Source: Clostridia bacterium
GTDB lineage: Bacteria > Bacillota > Clostridia > Oscillospirales > CAG-272
Assembly (NCBI GenBank): GCA_017410065.1
Contig: JAFQRL010000047.1
Location: 3,921-67,920, forward strand
Direction: 5' to 3'
Length of the DNA stretch: 64,000 bases
Shown: piece by piece, positions 48,755-56,996 of the stretch
How positions within the stretch are numbered: the stretch's first letter is position 1
How the letters are laid out: every line of letters begins with the position of its first letter
Notes under the pieces: generated by a model
The model's database searches: none
Told to the model about the DNA's origin: nothing
The model's input: only the letters and a program-made list of their open reading frames with translations
Program-made: the position numbers and the translations under genes

Positions 48755-51579
48755 TATCTCACCCTCCTAAAATCTACATAGTAGGTTGTTTCATCTTCAT
48801 ATAGTGGAATGTAGCGCTTGAACTCTTTTGATTTCAAAAGAATGTCGCTATTTTCACTAATCAATACTTGCGCTGTGCTATCATAATACGGAATAAATGC
48901 ATCCTCATCCTCGATAATGTTCAGCGACAAAACTTGAATTTTAGATTCGTCAAGAACAACCTCAAATCGCACTTTTTCAAATAAAGTGCGCGGTTTTTGT
49001 TTCGGTGCGCCCCCCTTTACCTTGGGAAAATACATCAGTTTACCCAAATACACGGTATCCGTTTCTTTTTGTATATCAAAGACAACGTAAGTGTATTGCT
49101 GCTTCAACCATCTCTCTTTCTTTGAAATTGAAGTAATGAACATTTTGCAATTCGACAAATCCGACACATCTACATATCCATATTTGTGTAATGGTTCGCC
49201 CAAAGGAATATAGTTGTCATCAAAGCCAAATTCGTCACTCTCCACCTCATATCTCTTTAGGGTGTAAAGCTTATCTCTGCTGATTTGAGGAAAGTATGTA
49301 ATCCCATTTTCAAGTTGAGTTCCAACCACTAATTCTTTTGTGTCAAAGTCGTAAAACTCCACATACAAAGGATTTCTACTTTGATACTTTGCATCAAGAG
49401 CCATTGTACCATTCTCGCAAATAAGCGCGAAACGGTCTATCCACGGTCTTACTTGTACCCTATATAGCGAAATACTCCGCCAACGATTGTCGCAAAACAT
49501 CAGATTAATATATACCATTGAGTTTGTGGTTTCCTTTATCTCCGCAACAAACTCCGATATATCCAATTTGAATTTGCCATCCTCGTACATATCACCCCAA
49601 ATACAATCCGACTCATTTTTATTTAAGTAGACCTTAATCTCGGTAGCTCCGGGTATTGACACGTACAACTCATTCTTTAAGTCGCTATACCATAAAAATT
49701 CGGGACGAATTAACTGCCACTGCTTTTCAAATCCAAACTTGAAAACTCTTAACGGAACTAAAAGTTTATATGTTTCCTTTTGAAATTCAAGTTCAAACTC
49801 TCCCGCTTCGTTGCCCTCTAACAAATTAACCACATATTCGCCATATTCATTCATATAGCAATTCAAGGGATTCGTAAGGTAATCACCCGAAAGCTTTATT
49901 TCCGCCGTACTACAAAAAGTATATCTTGGTTTGCTTGTCCGGCATCTTAATTCTGTAATTAGAATATAGCGAGTGAGCAGATGAGGATTCTTTCCCGGTT
50001 CATCCAAGCTGATTTGGTATACTCCGTCCATACACGGCAAGAGCGTATCCAAATCGATTGATACACCTACAACATCTTTTTCATTAGGAAAATCGAATAC
50101 GGTAATATTGCAATCGTTTTCAATGCTATAAGGATCTTCATTTACAAACAATCTCGTTCTTGGCAGCATCCCCTTATTAATCTTGAAAGAAACAATCGGA
50201 TGTTTATATGCAGTTTGAACTTGCCGTCCGTTTTTATAGAGCAAATATTCTTTAGAAACACACTCGAACAAGGGCTTGTCCGAAAATTCTCCTATCAAAG
50301 ACAGAGGTTTGCCATTTATATAAATCACAGAGTTTTCGGATACATCATCATAGCAATACTTATCCCACAAGACGCAAGCTGTATCGACAAAACGCTCTGT
50401 TATATTGCCGCTAACATACAAGCCTTTTCGAACCAATAAATAGTTAGTGCCTTTTTTAAGCTTGCTGCTTTCGTCAAAATCCTCGTCGAATACTCGATAC
50501 TCCTTGCTTGGAATAAGGTATTCTTGGGTTGCATTAGCAGAGATGACCACCTTATATTCGGCAAACAAATCCGTAATAGGCAGCTTGATTTCTTCTGAAA
50601 CCAATACACCGTATGCTTTATACACTTCAAGGTGTTTAGTAATCAACTCTCCGCCAACACGAATTTCAACCTTTGCATCATTTACAAAGCCTTCAGTCCT
50701 AAACTTTTGGCTTGGAATCATTAGATAAAGTTGGCTATTGTTGCGATCAATCAAGAAGTGCGGCTTGTGGAAGAACGATTCTTTTGCTTTGCGCTTTCTG
50801 CTAATGCTATCAGAAGCGTTAATTTCGCTGTTCTTCTTTTCAACCCACTCTTGGAATGCTTCGGAAAAGCGGTCTGCCTTTGGCGGCAATTTACCGTCAT
50901 AGTAATAGTTGTCCATCAAAACGAGATGGTCAAAAAACGTATCACTTACAACGGTTGACGTGGATTGGGCTATCAAAGCTCTTGTTGCCTTAAGTAGCTT
51001 ATATGATTTAGCAGGCTTGTTACCGCTTTTTTCAATAGAAACAACGTCACCGCTTCTGCTCAAAGACTCAGACACAAATCCGATCAAGTCATCAATATCT
51101 TCGTCAATTTCATCTGTTAATTGACGGAACAAGTTTCTATCATAGAACGAGAACAAAAAGTCAAAGTAATTATGCAGATATTGATTAGGAACAAAAGCGT
51201 GAGCCTTTATGTTTTCTACGTATGAATATTTGGATTGATTTTCTTGTTCCAACTCAAACAGTTTGTATTTCTGTATGGTTTTTGCGAAGATCTGCGCAAA
51301 ATAATATTTTTTGCTCTGTGAGATTTCAACGCCAACTTCCTCGTCGAAATAATCCCAATAGTTACCCTCGGAATATACACGAATGGCTATTTGTACCATC
51401 GCAACCGAAAGAACTTCATCTGACGGAACAAGCATTTGAACATATGAGTTTTTAACCTTATCACGAACGTATTGCAAGAGTTCTTCGTATTCATCGTCCG
51501 AGATGGCAATTTGACTTATCAACTCAAAACGTGAAGAAGTGAATTCTTCTCTAATACGTTTTACTAACTCAAAAAGCAT
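48754..51579 (-). CDS. large (941 aa) hypothetical protein; DruH-like by size and position only
   Basis: The ORF is uninterrupted and AT-rich. I recognise no catalytic or nucleotide-binding motif. The N-terminal ~170 aa look helical and the remainder looks beta-rich. It is translationally coupled to the helicase gene. Confidence 0.6.
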   Translation of the reverse strand: MLFELVKRIREEFTSSRFELISQIAISDDEYEELLQYVRDKVKNSYVQMLVPSDEVLSVAMVQIAIRVYSEGNYWDYFDEEVGVEISQSKKYYFAQIFAKTIQKYKLFELEQENQSKYSYVENIKAHAFVPNQYLHNYFDFLFSFYDRNLFRQLTDEIDEDIDDLIGFVSESLSRSGDVVSIEKSGNKPAKSYKLLKATRALIAQSTSTVVSDTFFDHLVLMDNYYYDGKLPPKADRFSEAFQEWVEKKNSEINASDSISRKRKAKESFFHKPHFLIDRNNSQLYLMIPSQKFRTEGFVNDAKVEIRVGGELITKHLEVYKAYGVLVSEEIKLPITDLFAEYKVVISANATQEYLIPSKEYRVFDEDFDESSKLKKGTNYLLVRKGLYVSGNITERFVDTACVLWDKYCYDDVSENSVIYINGKPLSLIGEFSDKPLFECVSKEYLLYKNGRQVQTAYKHPIVSFKINKGMLPRTRLFVNEDPYSIENDCNITVFDFPNEKDVVGVSIDLDTLLPCMDGVYQISLDEPGKNPHLLTRYILITELRCRTSKPRYTFCSTAEIKLSGDYLTNPLNCYMNEYGEYVVNLLEGNEAGEFELEFQKETYKLLVPLRVFKFGFEKQWQLIRPEFLWYSDLKNELYVSIPGATEIKVYLNKNESDCIWGDMYEDGKFKLDISEFVAEIKETTNSMVYINLMFCDNRWRSISLYRVQVRPWIDRFALICENGTMALDAKYQSRNPLYVEFYDFDTKELVVGTQLENGITYFPQISRDKLYTLKRYEVESDEFGFDDNYIPLGEPLHKYGYVDVSDLSNCKMFITSISKKERWLKQQYTYVVFDIQKETDTVYLGKLMYFPKVKGGAPKQKPRTLFEKVRFEVVLDESKIQVLSLNIIEDEDAFIPYYDSTAQVLISENSDILLKSKEFKRYIPLYEDETTYYVDFRRVR

Positions 51580-51598
51580 TAAGCAATCCTCCGTTCAA

Positions 51599-51787
51599 TT
51601 ATTTCTCAGCTGCGTTTCCTGCTTTTACCCAAGCATCAACCTCGGACACCTTGAATTTCCAAAGACGTCCAACTTTTGAAGCCGGCATATTGCGCTTTGC
51701 GATCCATACAAGCACGGTATCGCGGCTAACACCAAGGTGCTCCATAATCTCTTTGAGTGAATACCATCTTTCCGTTTCGTTAGTCAT
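51599..51787 (-). CDS. excisionase-family (MerR-like) HTH DNA-binding protein
   Basis: [46 protein letters not shown] is the Xis/HTH_17 pattern. The protein is 62 aa. It lies 20 nt upstream of the 941-aa gene. Confidence 0.8.
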   Translation of the reverse strand: MTNETERWYSLKEIMEHLGVSRDTVLVWIAKRNMPASKVGRLWKFKVSEVDAWVKAGNAAEK

Positions 51788-51827
51788 TTCAATTCTCCTT
51801 CGACAAAAAGATACAATTATTTACTCT

Positions 51828-51856
51828 ATTATACTATAATATCATCAATTTGTCAA
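51828..51856 (-). promoter_or_regulatory. consensus promoter (TTGACA-17-TATAAT) for the HTH + cargo operon
   Basis: On the minus strand TTGACA lies at 51856-51851 and TATAAT at 51833-51828. The promoter is ~40 nt upstream of the GGAG RBS and the ATG at 51787. Confidence 0.7.
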
Positions 51857-51909
51857 TCAGTTATGATTGTTTATCGTCGGTTTATGACGGTTTATTTGTC
51901 AACAGAAAA

Positions 51910-51933
51910 GGCGGCGAGATTTCTCCCGCCGCC
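51910..51933 (-). terminator. terminator after the tnpV/DUF6809-like gene pair
   Basis: The GC hairpin pairs GGCGGCGAGA with TCCCGCCGCC (1 mismatch). The A-rich tract at 51904-51909 gives a U-tract on the minus strand. Confidence 0.55.
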
Positions 51934-51939
51934 GAGTGC

Positions 51940-52206
51940 TTATTCGGTTAGTGTTTCAATAGCAATTTGCATTCCGAGTTTGAAAGCATATGTAAATATA
52001 GCTGCTTCACCAAGGCTCATATACTCACTCCAACAATCGTGGAACTTTTCAAATGTTTCTTTCTGTTCCTCTGTGAAGCTTTTTTCCAAATCCTCGTGAT
52101 GCCGTGACATATATCCGAGCAGTTCTTTCATTTCCTTGGAGTTGGTTCGGCTATCTTCTTGCGGGATAATATTTCCGTGCCAAAGTTCATTGATAATCGA
52201 CTTCAT
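51940..52206 (-). CDS. small helical protein commonly paired with TnpV (DUF6809-like)
   Basis: The 88-aa protein reads INELWHGNIIPQEDSR...EEQKETFEKFHDCWSEY. It has a 4-nt overlap with the tnpV-like gene. Confidence 0.6.
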   Translation of the reverse strand: MKSIINELWHGNIIPQEDSRTNSKEMKELLGYMSRHHEDLEKSFTEEQKETFEKFHDCWSEYMSLGEAAIFTYAFKLGMQIAIETLTE

Positions 52207-52568
52207 ACCAACACCACCTCCCGCAAAACGATCTCCTCTGCGCTTGCCTTGATGTTGTTCATCTCAGCAACCCAACGGAGCATATCGCGAGTTTTCAAAT
52301 TCTCGTCAATACCTCTTTCAGCAGCAAGTCGAGTGATTATGGTTTCGACCATCGTTTTTGCTTCAACATCAACATCATAGAGCCGCTGATTAAGAGTACC
52401 TTCCGAGAGAAGATTGGTGTAACGACCTTTGCGATGCGCTTTGAGATATTCGAGGTGCAATCTTCCGTACTTGCCGATTTCCTTTTGTTCGGGAAGTTCA
52501 AGCAAGGGGTAATATTGCTCGCCTCTGAGTTCGTAGGTAATTCCGTTTTCTTTAATGTACTTTTCCAT
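52203..52568 (-). CDS. tnpV: TnpV-family transposon protein
   Basis: The ATG at 52568 has an AGGAAGGTG RBS. MEKYIKENGITYELRGEQYYPLLELPEQKEIGKYGRLHLEYLKAHRKGRYTNLL matches the TnpV pattern of clostridial mobilizable transposons. Confidence 0.75.
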   Translation of the reverse strand: MEKYIKENGITYELRGEQYYPLLELPEQKEIGKYGRLHLEYLKAHRKGRYTNLLSEGTLNQRLYDVDVEAKTMVETIITRLAAERGIDENLKTRDMLRWVAEMNNIKASAEEIVLREVVLV

Positions 52569-52720
52569 ATATTGCACCTTCCTTTCCTTAGGTGCTTTAA
52601 GTGTACTATAAAGACGGAAAATCTGCAAATGTGCAAAAAAGAAAAATACGAGAAACACCGAAATGTTCTCGTATCTTTCTTCGCCTTCGCAATGCTCGTA
52701 GTTCTTAATTTTCAGAAACT

Positions 52721-52763
52721 GTCCTTAAGGGAACTGAGCATTGCGAGTGTCCTTTTGTTTTGG
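52721..52763. other. attR of the integrative mobilizable element
   Basis: The inner arm is GTCCTTAAGGGAAC (52721-52734). The centre TGAGCATTGC contains GAGC. The outer arm GAGTGTCCTTTTGTTTTGG (52745-52763) is the reverse complement of 35915-35933. Confidence 0.7.
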
Positions 52764-53296
52764 CGATGCGTCGGAATCGACGCAGCGCAAGTGCTCTCGG
52801 CATCTTGCGCTATGGGTTCGCATTTGAGCCGAAAGCCGTCGGGGAGCTCGCTCACCAGCGGCTCGGCGAAAACTCTTCGCCGAAGGCGAAATTCCCGTAT
52901 ATGATAAACACCACCCATATTCGGGTGGTATTTTTTTGCTGATGCGTCGGAATCGACGCAGCGCAAGTGCTCTCGGCATCTTGCGCTATGGGGGCGAATC
53001 TCTGCCTCGCCGTTTCGCCAAGCGAAACCTCGCAGGGCGAGGCAGATTCCCGTACCAAGACACTCCTTGTGGGTGTCCTTTTGTTTTGGCGATGCGTCGG
53101 AATCGACGCAGCGCTGTGCGCTATGGGTTCGCATACCCCACCCGAAGATCTGAAAGCTCGCTTTCAAGGTAGCGAAGCGGCACGAAGGTCTAAGAAAACG
53201 ATTGATAATCGTTTTCCCCTGAGTGTGACCGAGCCGAAGCGAGAAGGGTGTGGGTATATTCATCTGTGATGAAATTCCCGTACCAAGACACTCCTT
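52764..53296. repeat. degenerate tandem array (3-4 units) of a 52-nt box plus tRNA-Glu T-arm fragments and terminator-like hairpins
   Basis: A 52-nt box is identical at 52765-52816 and 52941-52992. A third copy with a 15-nt deletion lies at 53091-53127. ATTCCCGTA(C), which equals tRNA-Glu 35899-35908, recurs at 52891, 53046 and 53274. An intact paralogue of the attB hairpin lies at ~53057-53092. Confidence 0.75.
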
Positions 53297-53419
53297 GCAG
53301 GTGGTTTTCTTGCCGATCTAACCGCCACAAATTACAGCTTATATTTATCAACAAATCTCAAAAAACTTTCTAGGTACAACAAGCTCACCTTAAACCACCT
53401 CCACACGGCTCATTTTCTA

Positions 53420-53448
53420 TTGACAAGCGGATGCGCGTGTGCTAAAAT
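53420..53448 (+). promoter_or_regulatory. promoter (TTGACA-17-TGcTAAAAT)
   Basis: TTGACA lies at 53420-53425 and TAAAAT at 53443-53448, with an upstream TG. It precedes the Pr6Pr/hydrolase gene pair. Confidence 0.55.
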
Positions 53449-53581
53449 TAAACTATAAAAACCAAGGGTATAGTGCACCGCAAAGTTTTAAAAAAGCATT
53501 AAAGCGGCGATTTAATCGCAAGCAAATAACACATAATAAACGTATGGTCAAATCAGAAGGACTTCAAAAGGGGGTGCGAAA

Positions 53582-54322
53582 ATGAAAATACAAGCGGCTC
53601 GCGGCGAGCACAGCTCACTACGGATAACGAAAGCGGAGCTATCTCTCGCCCTTAATTTTCTGATCTTTTCATTTGCCACCGTAGGCATCACACTTGCCTT
53701 TTTACTGTCCGATGCGGAGGGCTACTCCCACCCATATAAAAGGCTTCTTTATTTCACACAGCAATCCAATATATGGATAGGGCTGATTTCCGGCGCATTT
53801 TTCGTCTTACTGCTTATTGAAAGGCGGCGCGGTATCAGGCTTATCGGCAGAGGGCTTCGTGTTGCAAAGTACGTTTTCACCGTGTCAATAACCGTCACTT
53901 GCCTTATCTTCTGCTCTCTGCTTGCTCCCTTTGCCGACTACAACGTGTGGAGCTTCCAGAGCATTATCACTCACGTTATAGTGCCCGCCCTTTCGGTGGT
54001 TGAATTATTCTTTTGTCAATCGAGAGACGAGCTTCGTCCGAGCCATTGCTTCCTCGCCCTAGTTCCGCCATCATTTTACTTTGTTTTGACAACAATACTT
54101 TGCATTTTCAAGGTGGATTTCGGAAAAGGCGATGCATTTCCCTACTTCTTTATGGACTTTTATTCCGAGGTCGGAATGTTTGGAGCAGACTTCTCGGGAC
54201 TGCCGAAGCTCGGTACCTTTTACTGGATAATCTTCCTGCTTTCTCTGATGCTTGGACTGGCATTTGGCTACCGCTATGTATATAACCGTATCGGCAGGCG
54301 CAGAGAGGAGGCAGAAGAGTGA
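53582..54322 (+). CDS. Pr6Pr-family (FAR-17a/AIG1-like) membrane protein
   Basis: The protein has six predicted TM segments and the YFTQQSNIWIG motif. Confidence 0.6.
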   Translation: MKIQAARGEHSSLRITKAELSLALNFLIFSFATVGITLAFLLSDAEGYSHPYKRLLYFTQQSNIWIGLISGAFFVLLLIERRRGIRLIGRGLRVAKYVFTVSITVTCLIFCSLLAPFADYNVWSFQSIITHVIVPALSVVELFFCQSRDELRPSHCFLALVPPSFYFVLTTILCIFKVDFGKGDAFPYFFMDFYSEVGMFGADFSGLPKLGTFYWIIFLLSLMLGLAFGYRYVYNRIGRRREEAEE

Positions 54323-55365
54323 TCGCTATACCCATTATCTCGGCTGTCCTCGCGCTGCTTTTGGCTCTCGCAATATTCTCCCACGCATACTACGGCAGAA
54401 CTCTTATTGCCACGGTGGTCGAATGGTATTTGCGGCTCACAGAAAAGCATTATTCTGTCCCCGAGCTTGAAGCCGCACTTCAAAAGCGAAGAAAAGATGG
54501 CGACTCGCCCTACACCCTGCGGGGAAAATATGAAAAGCGAAGGCTCGCATATATGGCAGAGTGCGCCGACACGACTTGCCCTCGCGCCAAAGGCAGAACG
54601 AAGCAACCTATCACCGAAGAGGATTTCGGCGGTATGCAGGTTTTCTGCTTTGGAGAAACAAACGGTGCCGACTCGGCGATCCTCTATCTTCACGGTGGCG
54701 CATATTACAGAAAGCCGAGGCGACAGCACATTCGTTTTATGTCTCGCTTAAGCCGCGAGACGGGCGTGCCACTTATCGCTCCCATCTATAAGAAAGCCCC
54801 AAACCACACCTGCTCCGAGGTATATGAGCTGCTGACCGAGCTTTACTTGAAGCTTTCATCGAAATACGATCGGATCATTCTCGGCGGAGACTCCTCTGGC
54901 GGCGGTCTTGCCCTCGGGCTTGCCTGCCATCTTAAGGCAGCGGCTCTCCCATCTCCCGAGCTGCTCATATTGCTTTCCCCTTGGGTCGACGTAGCTCTTG
55001 AAAACCCGATGATCGAAGACTACATAAAAGCAGACCCCATAGTTTTTCTCGACAACGTGAAGCTTCTCGGCAAGGCATACGCGGGAGAGCTGCCCCTCGG
55101 GGACCCCAAGGTAAGCCCAATTAACGCAGACCTTCGCGGACTTTGCCCCTCCCATATTTTCGTTGGCACCCGAGAGGTGCTCTATCCCGACTGCACCCGG
55201 CTATTTAATAAAATGAAGGAGTGCGGGGTCTCCTCAAAGCTCCATATAGCGAGAGGACAAAACCACGTCTACCCCGTCTTTCCTATACCGGAAGGACGCG
55301 CGGCGCGAGGCGAGATCTCGTCGATCATCAGGGAAACACTTTCAGGCAATTTGGAGAAAGGCTGA
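54319..55365 (+). CDS. alpha/beta hydrolase, hormone-sensitive-lipase-like esterase family
   Basis: The oxyanion HGG box is LYLHGGAYY and the nucleophile elbow is GDSSGGGLA. The GTG start overlaps the upstream stop. Confidence 0.8.
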   Translation: MIAIPIISAVLALLLALAIFSHAYYGRTLIATVVEWYLRLTEKHYSVPELEAALQKRRKDGDSPYTLRGKYEKRRLAYMAECADTTCPRAKGRTKQPITEEDFGGMQVFCFGETNGADSAILYLHGGAYYRKPRRQHIRFMSRLSRETGVPLIAPIYKKAPNHTCSEVYELLTELYLKLSSKYDRIILGGDSSGGGLALGLACHLKAAALPSPELLILLSPWVDVALENPMIEDYIKADPIVFLDNVKLLGKAYAGELPLGDPKVSPINADLRGLCPSHIFVGTREVLYPDCTRLFNKMKECGVSSKLHIARGQNHVYPVFPIPEGRAARGEISSIIRETLSGNLEKG

Positions 55366-55526
55366 TATTTCGGGCGCAAGCTTTTTAAAAAGCTTTATAA
55401 AAGCTGTCTTTCGCCGCAAAAAATAATCATAAAAAAACAAAACCGCAGATCGGGATTTATCCATTTTCTGCGGTTTTTGCATACAATTGTTTACATTTTT
55501 GGTTATTTCAACCGTTTTCGATCAAA

Positions 55527-56996
55527 TCAGAAAAACAGATTGTTCTTCTTCTCGCCATCCTCGCTCTCGAGCTTATATACTATCGCAAAGAGCACGGCAT
55601 ACATAAACATAGGAAGAATATTGAAGATGAAGTTATCGAGAAGCGAGCCTCCAAGGACTGTGAGCATTGCTCCGCCGAGCATAGTTTTCAGGTAGCTTGG
55701 CTTCTTGAAGAAGGGACGGAAGGAGCATATACGGTAGAAGCCGTATGCAAGGAGACCGAACACGCCCATAGCACCGAGGAACTGGGCGACCGTGTTATGA
55801 GACATATCGGGAAGGAAGGCTATTGTGGATATGGGATTTGAAATGTTGAAATACTCGGAAAGGCCGAAGAAGCCCTTACCGAAGGTGGGAGCTGTTGTGA
55901 AGGCTCTGAGAGCCTCTGCCCAAAGGCTGAATCTGCCTGTGTCTCCAACGCCGCGTTTGATATAGTCCTGAAGGGCTGTGAAAATAATATTGTTGAAGGA
56001 AATAACGATTATCGCAACACCCACAAGCACCGCGCCGACCTCAATAAGAAATCTCGGCTTTTTATTGGACTTGATAAAGGAGACCACCGTGCAGACCGCA
56101 TAAGCCATACCGCCGATAAGAAAGCCCGAGCGGGAGACGTTGAGGAAGATGCCGAGCATCGCAAGAGTTGCCATCGCGAAGTAATAGACCTGCCTCTTAT
56201 TGCCGCCGAGAGTCGCGCCGATAAACAGAATGGGAATAAGCACAACGAGTGCCTGCGCGCCTGTGTTGCAGTTGCCCCAGCCGTAGGTGAACAGCTCTCT
56301 CACAACGCCTCTATCCTCTGTTATGATACCGTCTGTGTTAAGATAGATATCCGCAACCTCAATAAGAAGAATAATCACGATGAGAGAAGCAAGGAAAACG
56401 AAATATGAAATAAGGCTGCCCGACTTTTCGTTCTTCAAGCCGAGAATGAAAAGATACGGAATAATAAACCATATAAACGCCTGAACAAGACCGAAGCCCA
56501 GGTTCCCGACAGTCCAGCCTCCGCTGAGCACGCCGTTGAGCGCAAAGGCAAGCGCAAGCACGCCCGAGGGGATAAGCATCGGAAGTGAACGAAGCGACGC
56601 CTTGTTTATAAGCTTATTTCTTATAAAGAACATAACAAGGGCACAAGCCACGGGAACGAAGCTGAGCACGAAGATAACGCCTCTTGCTCCCTCAAAATAA
56701 TAAAGGTTGGTTTGCGCCTCGTCCATATTGAAATCCGCGGGCGTGTGATGCCTTGAGATCTGGAAGACGAAGGTGCAAAGCACGGTTATCACAGGGCGAA
56801 GAGAATCCACGTGGAAAAGAGCAACGGTTAACAATGCCATATTGATAAGATGGAGATAAAACTCCGCGCCCGTCAGATATCCGACGACCACTATCACGCA
56901 AACAAGCACCGCGTAATATTTGCTCATAAAGAAGGCTCTCAAGCTATCGTGAGAGAAAATATCCTTTAGCGAAAATTTCGTCCTTACGCTACTCAT
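55527..56996 (-). CDS. O-antigen ligase/polymerase-like (Wzy_C) polytopic membrane protein
   Basis: The track ORF extends to 57095, and the ATG at 56996 gives MSSVRTKF. The protein has more than 10 TM segments. FLNVSRSGFLIGGMAY resembles the Wzy_C loop. Confidence 0.6.
   Translation of the reverse strand: MSSVRTKFSLKDIFSHDSLRAFFMSKYYAVLVCVIVVVGYLTGAEFYLHLINMALLTVALFHVDSLRPVITVLCTFVFQISRHHTPADFNMDEAQTNLYYFEGARGVIFVLSFVPVACALVMFFIRNKLINKASLRSLPMLIPSGVLALAFALNGVLSGGWTVGNLGFGLVQAFIWFIIPYLFILGLKNEKSGSLISYFVFLASLIVIILLIEVADIYLNTDGIITEDRGVVRELFTYGWGNCNTGAQALVVLIPILFIGATLGGNKRQVYYFAMATLAMLGIFLNVSRSGFLIGGMAYAVCTVVSFIKSNKKPRFLIEVGAVLVGVAIIVISFNNIIFTALQDYIKRGVGDTGRFSLWAEALRAFTTAPTFGKGFFGLSEYFNISNPISTIAFLPDMSHNTVAQFLGAMGVFGLLAYGFYRICSFRPFFKKPSYLKTMLGGAMLTVLGGSLLDNFIFNILPMFMYAVLFAIVYKLESEDGEKKNNLFF

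Noticed and set aside
52712-53263. 183-aa minus-strand ORF, plus overlapping small ORFs, across the repeat array
   Set aside because: The frame is kept open by repeated GC-rich hairpin DNA. The predicted peptide repeats with the DNA repeats, has no start context, and lies outside the element's gene set.
52764-53296. Possible CRISPR array
   Set aside because: The repeats are 52 nt long with internal deletions. Spacing is irregular at roughly 150-230 nt. The intervening sequences are themselves hairpin-rich and carry tRNA fragments. No cas genes or leader are present.
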